Below are positions 48,041 to 57,152 of a stretch of DNA of 64,000 bases, one piece after another (the first letter of the stretch is position 1; the number at the start of each line of letters is the position of its first letter). The DNA is from an uncultured bacterium (GTDB lineage: Bacteria > Desulfobacterota_D > UBA1144). The position numbers were made by a program, and so were the translations under genes. The DNA lies in contig CAJWZJ010000002.1 of assembly GCA_913050245.1 (NCBI GenBank), forward strand, positions 27,011-91,010, written 5' to 3'. Under the pieces are notes generated by a model that was not told where the DNA came from, searched no databases, and worked only from the letters and a program-made list of their open reading frames with translations.

Positions 48041-49423
48041 TTAAAAACTTTTTATTATTTTTTTGTATTCATTTATTGCTTTTTTTACTGAATGAGTGGA
48101 TGTTCCGCCAAAAGATTTTTTTGATTCAACAGAATGTTTAATATTAACATGTTTATAGACATCATCTTCAATTTTTTTTGAAAATTTTTTATATTCCTTA
48201 ATATTCAATTCATTTAATGTTGTCTGGTTTTTTTCGCAATGTGAAACAATATTTCCTGTTATTTTATGAGCATCTCTAAAAGGATATCCTTTATTAACAA
48301 GATAATCAGCCAAATCAGTTGCCGTTATAAAGCCAGATTCTAAATTTGAATTAATTCTTTTTTTATTAAATTTAATTGAATTAATCAAATCAGTAAATAT
48401 TTCTATAGAATCCTGACATGTTTTGAATGAAGAGAACAGAGGTTCTTTGTCTTCTTGAAGGTCTCTGTTGTAGCTTGATGGCAAGCCTTTTAAATTGACC
48501 ATAATATTATTTAAATTTCCATATACACTCCCACATTTACCTCTTATTAATTCTAAAATATCTGGATTTTTCTTTTGTGGCATAATGCTAGATCCAGTTG
48601 TGAAATCATCTCCGATTTCAATAAATCCAAATTCAAAACTATTCCATATAATTAAATCCTCACAGAATCTTGAGAAATGAGTCATGAGCAAACTACAGGC
48701 ATATATTGAATCGGCAACAAAGTCTCTATCACTTACAGAATCTAAACTATTTCTTGAGACATATTTGAAGCCTAAATTCTTTGCAGTAAATTTTCTATCA
48801 ATATTAAAAGAAGTTCCTGCTCCTGCGCAAGAACCTAATGGGTTAACATCTAATAAGTTAAAGGTATTTTTGAATCTTTCCAGATCTCTTAAAAACATTT
48901 CTATATAAGCATTTATTAAATGAGATGCCAAAATTGGCTGAGCTTTTTGCAAATGAGTATAAAAAGGGATTATTACTTCTATATTTTTTTCAGATTTTTG
49001 AATTAATGATTTTATAAGTTTAATGATTAAAAAGTTGATAACCTCAATATTATCTTTTGTATACATTCTCAAGTCCGTAACTACTTGATCATTTCTACTT
49101 CTAGCGGTATGAACCTGTTTACCAATGTCGCCTATTTTTTTAATGAGATTACTTTCAATATTCATATGAATATCTTCCAAAGAATGGTCAAATTTAAACT
49201 TATGTTGCTCGATTTCTTTTTCAATTTTATTTAAATTTTTTATTATTTTGGATGCATCAGAAGACTTTATTATTTTCTGATTTTCTAACATTTTTACATG
49301 AGCTATTGAGCCTTGAATATCTTTTTTATATAGTTCTTTGTCCACATCGATTGATGAAGTAAATTTTTCCACTTTTTTATTGGTGGAAAGATTGAATCTT
49401 CCACCCCACAATTTCTTGCTCAT
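48041..49423 (-). CDS. argH: Argininosuccinate lyase
   Basis: KKLWGGRF start and the fumarate-lyase signature GSSIMPQKKNPD. Confidence 0.92.
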   Translation of the reverse strand: MSKKLWGGRFNLSTNKKVEKFTSSIDVDKELYKKDIQGSIAHVKMLENQKIIKSSDASKIIKNLNKIEKEIEQHKFKFDHSLEDIHMNIESNLIKKIGDIGKQVHTARSRNDQVVTDLRMYTKDNIEVINFLIIKLIKSLIQKSEKNIEVIIPFYTHLQKAQPILASHLINAYIEMFLRDLERFKNTFNLLDVNPLGSCAGAGTSFNIDRKFTAKNLGFKYVSRNSLDSVSDRDFVADSIYACSLLMTHFSRFCEDLIIWNSFEFGFIEIGDDFTTGSSIMPQKKNPDILELIRGKCGSVYGNLNNIMVNLKGLPSSYNRDLQEDKEPLFSSFKTCQDSIEIFTDLINSIKFNKKRINSNLESGFITATDLADYLVNKGYPFRDAHKITGNIVSHCEKNQTTLNELNIKEYKKFSKKIEDDVYKHVNIKHSVESKKSFGGTSTHSVKKAINEYKKIIKSF

Positions 49424-49489
49424 CCTAAAATATAAAATATATAAACTTTTAAAACAAATTATTCTTATAATAGTTTGTAAAAATAATTG

Positions 49490-50563
49490 TTAAGAATTTT
49501 CAATATGTATTGTTCTTGTTGGGAAAGCAAAATCTATATTATTCTTTTCGAACTCCTCAAAGATCTTCATTCTTAGCTTATGATTTATCTCTATATATTC
49601 TGTGTGATCAGAACTTAATACATTATATACAAGCTCAAAATTAAGTGAAAAGTCAGCAAATTCAACCATGCTGGCCCTAACAAAATCTGTCGATTTCATT
49701 GAATTGACAATGTTTGTTAATAAGGGCTGTATTGAATTGAGTTTTTCATATGGAGTATTGTAAACAACACCTAACATAATAGTTGTTCTTCTCTTTTGCA
49801 TCCTAGATTGATGATAGTTTCTTAGTCTACTATTCAGCAAATCTGAATTTGAAATTATTATTTCTTCTCCTGATAAGCTTTCAATTTTTGTACTTTTGAT
49901 CCCAATGTTTTTTACAGTTCCCATATAATTGTCAATCACAATGTAATCTCCAATAGCAATTGGCTTATCAATCATTATTGTTAAAGACGCAAATAGGTCT
50001 CCCAATATACTTTGAGCGGCTAAAGCAATTGCCAGACCTCCTATACCAAGACCAGCAACTAAAGCGGTAATATTTACACCAAGATTGTCTAAAGCAAGTA
50101 AAAGGAAAATTGTCCAAATAACAAATCTCGCAAGTTTTGTTAGTCCAGAAATTGCAGTTACGCTGTGCATATCGTTTTCTGCTTCTCTTGTTGATTTATA
50201 TTTTTCAAAGACTAAGCTTGAAATTGCAATAGCCCATTTTGTAAACTGCCACAAAAAAACAATTATAAATATTTGTTGGATTCTAAAAACTATTTGATCA
50301 TCTAGTGAGATAAATTTAGAAGAAATAAATACAGCTAAGAAGAAAATAAAAAAATCTGATATTGAACCAATTGATGAAGTGATATAGTCATCAACTTTAT
50401 TTGATGTTTTTTGAGAAAATCTTTCTAATTTTTTATATATAAAATTTTTTAAGATTTTTAATACTATAAAAATTGCTAAGAATGTAAGGATAAATATTCC
50501 CCAATCAAAGAGGACATTATTAAAAAAATCAGTTTTAATAATATTATTAAGTTTTTCTAGCAT
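49490..50563 (-). CDS. Small-conductance mechanosensitive channel (MscS family)
   Basis: N-terminal TM segments, then GDLFASLTIMIDKPIAIGDYIVI..GTVKNIGIKSTKI, the MscS beta-domain pattern. Confidence 0.8.
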   Translation of the reverse strand: MLEKLNNIIKTDFFNNVLFDWGIFILTFLAIFIVLKILKNFIYKKLERFSQKTSNKVDDYITSSIGSISDFFIFFLAVFISSKFISLDDQIVFRIQQIFIIVFLWQFTKWAIAISSLVFEKYKSTREAENDMHSVTAISGLTKLARFVIWTIFLLLALDNLGVNITALVAGLGIGGLAIALAAQSILGDLFASLTIMIDKPIAIGDYIVIDNYMGTVKNIGIKSTKIESLSGEEIIISNSDLLNSRLRNYHQSRMQKRRTTIMLGVVYNTPYEKLNSIQPLLTNIVNSMKSTDFVRASMVEFADFSLNFELVYNVLSSDHTEYIEINHKLRMKIFEEFEKNNIDFAFPTRTIHIENS

Positions 50564-50599
50564 AAAAGTATTATAGAAGAAAAACTAAATTATTGATAT

Positions 50600-52051
50600 A
50601 TGCAACAAATTAAAGAATTTTATAACCCAATTACTTTAAAAGCCCAAAATATTAAAGTTCTTGTTACAGGAGCGACTGGTTACATAGGTGGTAGGCTCAT
50701 ACCACGTCTTCTTGCAAACAACATAGATGTTCGCGTGCTGGTTAGAGATAGTTCTAAAATTTCACATAAATCTTGGTATGATAAAGTAGAAATTCATGAA
50801 GGTGACCTTACAAAAATTGATACATTATCTGATTTAGCCAAAGATATTAGTCAAGCATATTACTTGATACATTCAATGTCAGATTCAAAAGAATATATAG
50901 AGCTCGATAGATTAGCGGCTAGAAACTTTGTTAAGTCTTGCCCAAGGATATCACATGTAATATATTTAGGTGGAATTTCCCCTGATGAATCTGAGATATC
51001 AGAACATCTTCAAAGTAGGATTGAGGTTGGAAAAATATTAAAAGATAATTTACCAACAACTGAATTGAGAGCCGGACCAATAATTGGATCTGGATCAGCC
51101 TCATTTGAAATGTTAAGGCATTTGTCAGAAAAGCTTCCTGTTATGATCACCCCAAAATGGATTAATAATACCGTTCGCCCAATAAGTGTTAGAGACGTTC
51201 TTAAATATTTAGTTTTATGTTTAGATAAAAGACCTTTAGATACAATGGATATAGGTACCTCACCAATGACTTTTAAAAATTTAATGCTTGAATATTGTAA
51301 ATACAGAGGGTTAAGAAGATATATAATTCCTGTTCCTGTTCTTGCGCCAAGCCTGGCAGCAAAATGGATAAGTCTTGTAACACCTATAACCAACTCACTT
51401 GCAACTCCTATAATAAAGAGTGTTATAAACAATATATATGGTGATATATCCAAGTCTTTGAAGTATTTTCCTGAAATTCAGACTCTAAATTATTATGATT
51501 CTATAAAATCAGCTCTTGAAAAAACAAAAATGGAATTTACTGAAACATCCTGGAATAGGCAAAAAATAAGTTTTGAATACAGACTTTCACAGCAAAAAGG
51601 GCGATTTGAAGAGATAAGAATTGCGAAAACAAAGGCATCTTGCTCAAAAATATTTAATGTTTTTAAATCTTTAGGCGGAAAAAATGGATGGAAGGCATGG
51701 AATTTCTTATGGAGTATTAGAAAAGGTATCGATAGGCTTATCGGTGGAAAAAAAATATCGGAGCCTGACAGAAACAATCTTCGTATTGGATCAGATTTTG
51801 ATTGTTTTAAGATAGAAAAATTTGAAGATAATAAAAAAATTTTATTGAAAATGAATCTTAAAACTCCTGGTGAAGCATGGTTAAAATTTGAGGCAATAAA
51901 TGATGTTTCTTTCTCTTATATTGTTATGACCGCAATTTTTGAACCCAAAGGTTTTTGGGGATATTTTTATTGGTATTCAATACTTCCACTTCATAAACTT
52001 ATATTCAAAGATATGATGTTAGCAATAAAAAAAGATTGTGAAAACCCCTAA
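50600..52051 (+). CDS. NAD(P)-binding SDR/NmrA-like protein with a C-terminal DUF2867-like domain
   Basis: VLVTGATGYIGGRLIPRLL Rossmann motif in a 483-aa two-domain layout. Confidence 0.6.
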   Translation: MQQIKEFYNPITLKAQNIKVLVTGATGYIGGRLIPRLLANNIDVRVLVRDSSKISHKSWYDKVEIHEGDLTKIDTLSDLAKDISQAYYLIHSMSDSKEYIELDRLAARNFVKSCPRISHVIYLGGISPDESEISEHLQSRIEVGKILKDNLPTTELRAGPIIGSGSASFEMLRHLSEKLPVMITPKWINNTVRPISVRDVLKYLVLCLDKRPLDTMDIGTSPMTFKNLMLEYCKYRGLRRYIIPVPVLAPSLAAKWISLVTPITNSLATPIIKSVINNIYGDISKSLKYFPEIQTLNYYDSIKSALEKTKMEFTETSWNRQKISFEYRLSQQKGRFEEIRIAKTKASCSKIFNVFKSLGGKNGWKAWNFLWSIRKGIDRLIGGKKISEPDRNNLRIGSDFDCFKIEKFEDNKKILLKMNLKTPGEAWLKFEAINDVSFSYIVMTAIFEPKGFWGYFYWYSILPLHKLIFKDMMLAIKKDCENP

Positions 52052-52069
52052 TAAATAGGGTTTTTTTTT
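52046..52069 (+). terminator. Short hairpin plus T9 terminator overlapping the SDR gene stop codon
   Basis: CCCTA(52046..52050)-ATAAA-TAGGG(52056..52060) followed by nine T (52061..52069). Confidence 0.5.
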
Positions 52070-52106
52070 ATAAATACAAATTCTTTTATAAAATATAATT
52101 TTTTTC

Positions 52107-52135
52107 TTGACTCACACAACATATAGTGGTTTAAT
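52107..52135 (+). promoter_or_regulatory. Candidate nrdAB promoter
   Basis: TTGACT (52107..52112), a 17-nt spacer, then TTTAAT (52130..52135). A perfect TATAAT also lies at 52141..52146. The spacer coincides with NrdR box 1. Confidence 0.45.
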
Positions 52136-52161
52136 CAAAATATAATCACAATATATTGTTG
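52114..52161 (+). promoter_or_regulatory. Tandem NrdR operator boxes
   Basis: Box 1 is ACACAACATATAGTGG (52114..52129) and box 2 is TCACAATATATTGTTG (52146..52161). They match the recalled consensus acaCwAtATaTwGtgt at 14/16 and 13/16 positions. The 32-bp phasing and the location just upstream of nrdA fit NrdR sites. Confidence 0.75.
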
Positions 52162-52199
52162 AATTGAACTTTAGATTATTGGAAGGCGTGATTATCCCT

Positions 52200-52281
52200 G
52201 GGGCAAGGAAATAGTTATAAAACCCTTTTTGCACCCCGTTAGAAGCTTTTCCTTGCCTCTAAAGAATCTCAGATGAAGGAG
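52200..52281 (+). promoter_or_regulatory. Candidate SD-mimic / anti-SD leader helix in the nrdA 5' UTR
   Basis: GGCAAGGAAA (52202..52211) is perfectly complementary to TTTCCTTGCC (52248..52257). The same TCCTT can pair with the real SD AAGGAG (52276..52281). This is a GC-enriched patch in an AT-rich gap. Confidence 0.4.
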
Positions 52282-52286
52282 AGTAT

Positions 52287-55103
52287 TTGCACATGAATCA
52301 TATTGAAGAGCTTTTGGTTGTAAAGAGATCAGGAGAGGTCGTTAATTTTGATTTAGATAGAATTAGTAATGCAATTAAAGCCGCAATTGACGCGGGAGAT
52401 GAAAAGTATGATGCGAATGCAATTTCTAACATCGTAGATTCTATTCATAAAGAAATTGATGAAAGATTTACCGAATTTTATCCGAACGTAGAGAATATAC
52501 AGGATATAGTTGAAAAACATTTATTGAGATCAGACATGTTGTCTGTTGCAAGACGCTATATCATATATAGAGCAGAAAGATCTGCAGAAAGAGAAAAGCA
52601 AAAAGAAAATATTTCACGAAAAGCTGAATTAGGAAAACTTAAAGTAACTAAGAGAGACGGGACAACGGTCTTGTTTAATCCTCAGAAGGTTCGCGAAACA
52701 ATCTATCGGGTTTGTCAAAAGTATCCAAATACAACTTCAGTAGATGCTATTGCCAAAGAATTAAGTAGAAATATTTTTGATGGAGCTACTACAAATGATA
52801 TCGAGAAAGCTTTATTGCTTGCATCTACAGCTTTTATCGAAAGGGATCCTGATTACAGTAAAGTGTCTGCTGGTTTCTTTATGCAAAGATTATATAAAGA
52901 GGCCATAGGTATCTCAATTAATGAGAATACATTTTTAGATGAATATAGAAAAACTTTTAAAGATGGCATTAAGCTAGGGGTGGAAAACAAATATTTGGAC
53001 TCTAAGTTATTAGATTTTGATTTGGAGAAGCTGGCTGATGCTTTAGATCCAGAGAGGGATGATTTATTTGAATATTTAGGTATCCAAACCCTCTATGAAA
53101 GATATTTGCAAAAACACGAAGATAAAAGATTCGAATTACCTCAATCCTTTTGGATGAGAGTTGCTATGGGACTTTCTTTTAATGAGAATAACAAAGAAGC
53201 CAGGGCAATAGAATTTTATAATGTTCTATCAAAGATGCATTTTGTTTCATCCACTCCAACCCTTTTTCATTCAGGAACTCCTCATCCTCAGCTAAGCTCT
53301 TGTTATTTGACAACAGTTGGTGATGATTTATCTCATATTTTTAAATGTATTGGTGACAATGCTCAACTTTCAAAATGGTCAGGGGGTCTAGGAAATGATT
53401 GGACCAATATTAGAGGTACTGGTTCACATATAAAAAGTACAAATGTTGAAAGCCAAGGCGTTATTCCTTTCCTAAAGATTGCAAATGACGTTACAGTAGC
53501 TATTAACAGAAGTGGTAAAAGAAGAGGTGCTACTTGTGCTTACCTTGAAACTTGGCACTTAGATATAGAAGATTTTCTAGATTTAAGAAGAAATACAGGG
53601 GATGATAGAAGAAGAACACATGATATGAATACCTCAAATTGGATCCCAGACTTATTTATGAAAAGAGTTGAATCTGATGAAGAATGGACTTTATTCTCAC
53701 CAGAAGAAGTTTCTGATTTACATGATTTATTTGGTAAGAAATTCGAAGATGCATACTGTGAATATGAAACAAAAATAGATACTGGAGAGATAAAAAAATA
53801 TAAAAAAGTTCCAGCAAAAGAGCTTTGGAAAAAAATGCTTACTAGATTGTTTGAAACAGGACATCCATGGATTACATTTAAAGACGCTTGCAATGTGAGG
53901 TCTCCACAAGACCACGTGGGTGTTGTCCATAGTTCAAATTTATGCACAGAAATAACATTGAATACTTCCCAAGATGAGACCGCAGTTTGCAATTTAGGTT
54001 CTATAAATTTGTCTAAGCATGTCACAAATGATCAAAAGCTGGATAAGAAGCTCTTAGAAAAAACTATATTTACTGCAATGAGAATGTTAGACAACGTTGT
54101 TGATTTAAATTTTTATCCAACTATAGAAGCTAAGAATTCGAATATGATGCACAGGCCAATAGGATTAGGCATTATGGGCCTTCAAGATGCTCTTTTTAAA
54201 TTAGACCTTGCTTTTGACTCTCCTAAGGCTCTTAATTTTTCAGATCAATTAATGGAACAGATTTCATATCATGCAATTAGTGCTTCTTGTGCGCTTGCAA
54301 CCGAAAGAGGAGCTTACCAATCTTTTAAAGGATCCAAATGGGAAAGAGGAATTTTCCCCCTCGACTCACTAACAATTCTTGAGGACGAAAGGGGAGAAAA
54401 TATTGAAGTTAATAAGATTACATCTTTAGATTGGGAGACTTTAAAAAACAAAGTTAAGGAGAACGGTATGAGGAATTCAAATACTATGGCTATTGCTCCT
54501 ACCGCAACTATTTCAAACATAGCAGGATGCTATCCTTGTATTGAACCTATTTATAAGAATATCTATGTTAAATCAAATATGAGTGGTGAGTTCACCGTTG
54601 TTAATAACTATTTGGTTAATGATCTCAAGTCAATGGGTTTGTGGTCTAAAGATATGCTAGACAAAATCAAATACTATGATGGCAATCTAGATTATATTGA
54701 TGAAATTCCACAAAAACTTAAAGATAAATATAAAGAAGCATTCGCTATCGACCCTCAAGTCTTATTAAGACATACATCTGTTAGAGGCAAATGGATTGAT
54801 CAGAGCCAATCTCACAATGTTTTCATGCAGGGCGTCTCAGGAAAAAAATTAAGCGAGATATATACAGCTGCATGGAAATTTGGTCTTAAAACCACCTACT
54901 ATCTAAGAACTCTGGCAGCGAGCCAGATTGAAAAATCTACTTTAGATGCAAACAAATTTGGTTACACTCAAAAAAGAGAGTATCAAAAAATAGAAGAAAA
55001 TAAAAACAATGAAGCTGTTGAAGCCACAAGTAACGAAAAGCCAGCGAGCGAAGTTGGAAGTGCTTGTAGTATAATGGACCCCGATTGTGAGGCTTGCCAG
55101 TAA
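52287..55103 (+). CDS. nrdA: Ribonucleotide reductase class I alpha subunit with two N-terminal ATP-cones
   Basis: VVKRSGEVVNFDLDRI (cone 1), VTKRDGTTVLFNPQKV (cone 2), the catalytic SSNLCTEI motif and a C-terminal Cys pair (CSIMDPDCEACQ). The start is TTG 52287 or ATG 52293. Confidence 0.92.
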   Translation: MHMNHIEELLVVKRSGEVVNFDLDRISNAIKAAIDAGDEKYDANAISNIVDSIHKEIDERFTEFYPNVENIQDIVEKHLLRSDMLSVARRYIIYRAERSAEREKQKENISRKAELGKLKVTKRDGTTVLFNPQKVRETIYRVCQKYPNTTSVDAIAKELSRNIFDGATTNDIEKALLLASTAFIERDPDYSKVSAGFFMQRLYKEAIGISINENTFLDEYRKTFKDGIKLGVENKYLDSKLLDFDLEKLADALDPERDDLFEYLGIQTLYERYLQKHEDKRFELPQSFWMRVAMGLSFNENNKEARAIEFYNVLSKMHFVSSTPTLFHSGTPHPQLSSCYLTTVGDDLSHIFKCIGDNAQLSKWSGGLGNDWTNIRGTGSHIKSTNVESQGVIPFLKIANDVTVAINRSGKRRGATCAYLETWHLDIEDFLDLRRNTGDDRRRTHDMNTSNWIPDLFMKRVESDEEWTLFSPEEVSDLHDLFGKKFEDAYCEYETKIDTGEIKKYKKVPAKELWKKMLTRLFETGHPWITFKDACNVRSPQDHVGVVHSSNLCTEITLNTSQDETAVCNLGSINLSKHVTNDQKLDKKLLEKTIFTAMRMLDNVVDLNFYPTIEAKNSNMMHRPIGLGIMGLQDALFKLDLAFDSPKALNFSDQLMEQISYHAISASCALATERGAYQSFKGSKWERGIFPLDSLTILEDERGENIEVNKITSLDWETLKNKVKENGMRNSNTMAIAPTATISNIAGCYPCIEPIYKNIYVKSNMSGEFTVVNNYLVNDLKSMGLWSKDMLDKIKYYDGNLDYIDEIPQKLKDKYKEAFAIDPQVLLRHTSVRGKWIDQSQSHNVFMQGVSGKKLSEIYTAAWKFGLKTTYYLRTLAASQIEKSTLDANKFGYTQKREYQKIEENKNNEAVEATSNEKPASEVGSACSIMDPDCEACQ

Positions 55104-55120
55104 TTTAAGGAGCGTTAATT

Positions 55121-56119
55121 ATGTCTATCATAGGATTAGATTCAAGGACTGACCCAAATAAAATTTTACCAATGACTTACAAATGGGCACGTCAACATTA
55201 TAAGGATGGGGTTGCGAATAACTGGACCCCAGAAGAAATTTCCATGCAAAAGGATGTTGAGCAATGGAAATCGGATAAAGCGATTTCTGAGACAGAAAGG
55301 CGAATGATTTTGTGGAATTTAGGCTTTTTCTCAACTGCAGAGTCATTAACTGCTAATAATATTGTTTTAACGGTATATAAACATGTTACAAATCCTGAAT
55401 CACGACAATATTTATTGCGACAAGCTTACGAAGAAGCAGTTCATACTGATACTTTTATTTATTGTTGTGACAGTTTGGGACTAGATCCAGATTATATATA
55501 TTCAATGTATGAAACAATTCCATCAATTAAAGAAAAAGATGATTATGTTGTTGGTTTAACTAAATCAATCATGGACCCTAACTTTGAGATTAAGTCAAAA
55601 AAAGATATCGAAGTTTTTTTACATGATCTTGTTGGATATTACGTAATAATGGAAGGTATTTTCTTTTACGCTGGTTTCGCAATGATGCTTGCTCTTAAGA
55701 GACAGAATAAAATGGTTGGCATTGGCGAACAATTCGAATATATAATGAGGGATGAAAGTATTCACCTTGCTTTTGGTTGTGATTTAATAAATACAATTAA
55801 AGAGGAGAATGAAGGCGTCTGGACTCCTGATCTTCAAAAGAAAATAACCGACTTGATTGTTACTGCTGTTGACCAAGAAAAAAAATATGCTTTTGATGCA
55901 TGTCCAAATGGTCTGCTTGGAATAAATCCTCAGCAATTTTGTGAATATGTAGAATATATTGCTGACAGAAGACTTGAAAGAATAGGCTTAGAAAAGTTAT
56001 ATGGTACGGAAAACCCATTCCCATGGATGTCACAGGCTGTAGATTTATCTAAAGAGAAAAATTTCTTTGAAACCAGAGTTACAGAGTATCAAACTGCTGG
56101 ATCTCTTGATTGGGATTAA
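55121..56119 (+). CDS. nrdB: Ribonucleotide reductase beta subunit, class Ic-like (Phe at the radical-Tyr position)
   Basis: Metal ligands: FFSTAES (E74), EEAVHTDTF (E105, H108, F112), MEGIFFY and RDESIHL. F112 (TTT 55454..55456) aligns with E. coli Y122, and E74 aligns with E. coli D84. Confidence 0.85.
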   Translation: MSIIGLDSRTDPNKILPMTYKWARQHYKDGVANNWTPEEISMQKDVEQWKSDKAISETERRMILWNLGFFSTAESLTANNIVLTVYKHVTNPESRQYLLRQAYEEAVHTDTFIYCCDSLGLDPDYIYSMYETIPSIKEKDDYVVGLTKSIMDPNFEIKSKKDIEVFLHDLVGYYVIMEGIFFYAGFAMMLALKRQNKMVGIGEQFEYIMRDESIHLAFGCDLINTIKEENEGVWTPDLQKKITDLIVTAVDQEKKYAFDACPNGLLGINPQQFCEYVEYIADRRLERIGLEKLYGTENPFPWMSQAVDLSKEKNFFETRVTEYQTAGSLDWD

Positions 56120-56159
56120 AAAAAATTAATTTTACCGGACTACTTTTGGCCTAATAATT

Positions 56160-56660
56160 ATGTCTATTATATTAGATATCTTATATTTGTGTTATGTACT
56201 TTTTTTCTTAATTGCGAGTTCTGCTTTAATCTTTAGGAGGCTCCACGATTCAGGCATGTCGGGTTGGTGGTATGGAATACCATCGATTCTAGTTGTAATT
56301 TTCACCATAATTTTTTATTCACTCGGTTTGAACCCAGATTTAATAAGCTCCCCTGGATTTTTAAATAATTTACAAGGATTTGCAAAATTAATTTATTCTA
56401 TTTTGATTATATCAATTATTGGTTTCTTAATAGTTTTTATAATGATGTTTTTTAAATCACAGAAAACCATAAACGTATGGGGCGAGTCTCCAACAAATTC
56501 TTTTGAATTCTTAGAAGCTAGTAAAAAGTACTTTACTAATTGGCTAGATTTTAAAACTAGAAGTAGAAGATCCGAATACTGGTGGACATGGATCACTTTG
56601 TTAATTATAAGCATATTAGAATATTTGTTTGTTGCGATTTTCTTTGATGATATTGTTTGA
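56160..56660 (+). CDS. DUF805-family membrane protein with swapped motif order
   Basis: RRLHDSGMSGWW lies near the N-terminus (residues ~26-37). The motif that normally comes first (F.TRSRRSEYWW + TM) lies at the C-terminus (~133-166). Confidence 0.6.
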   Translation: MSIILDILYLCYVLFFLIASSALIFRRLHDSGMSGWWYGIPSILVVIFTIIFYSLGLNPDLISSPGFLNNLQGFAKLIYSILIISIIGFLIVFIMMFFKSQKTINVWGESPTNSFEFLEASKKYFTNWLDFKTRSRRSEYWWTWITLLIISILEYLFVAIFFDDIV

Positions 56661-56728
56661 AAATTTAAAATATTTTTTTAGATTGCTATGAATTTGTCAA
56701 AAAAGGGTTTTAATATTATTCTTAATAT

Positions 56729-57151
56729 ATGAATAAGTTGATTATTATTTTACTTTGTTTATCTCTTATAGGATGTGGTACGAATATTTCCTGTGATTCA
56801 TCAGATGTTGAGGAAACTTTAGAAGAATTAATCCAAACTAACGTTTTAAATAACGATTGGGAGCGTGGATATAGATTTGGTGAGGCTATGGGGTTGCCGT
56901 TGCTAACTGAAGAGAGATATTCTGGTTACTTAGATGGTACAGTAGAAATACCAACACCTAAATTAAAAATCAAAAATATTAGGGTTAAACAATATAATGA
57001 AAAGGTTGAGTATTACGGATGTGCAGCTGAATTAGAATATTCTTGGAATGATAGACTTGTTAAAAATTTACGACTTATAAAATATATTTCTTATTCAGTT
57101 GAAAAAACAACTGATGGAGATTTATATCTATCAAACTTAGTGGGGTTTTAG
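56729..57151 (+). CDS. Putative lipoprotein, unknown function
   Basis: MNKLIIILLCLSLIGCGTN signal with the lipobox LIGC, in a 140-aa protein. Confidence 0.6.
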   Translation: MNKLIIILLCLSLIGCGTNISCDSSDVEETLEELIQTNVLNNDWERGYRFGEAMGLPLLTEERYSGYLDGTVEIPTPKLKIKNIRVKQYNEKVEYYGCAAELEYSWNDRLVKNLRLIKYISYSVEKTTDGDLYLSNLVGF

Positions 57152-57152
57152 T

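Noticed and set aside
52052-52286. A second cobalamin riboswitch in front of nrdA
   Set aside because: B12 riboswitches do precede class I RNR genes in some bacteria. This leader, however, has no B12 box (no AGYCMGGAGACCKGCC-like element) and none of the GGGAA/GCCACTG core motifs. I report it instead as an unclassified structured leader plus NrdR boxes.
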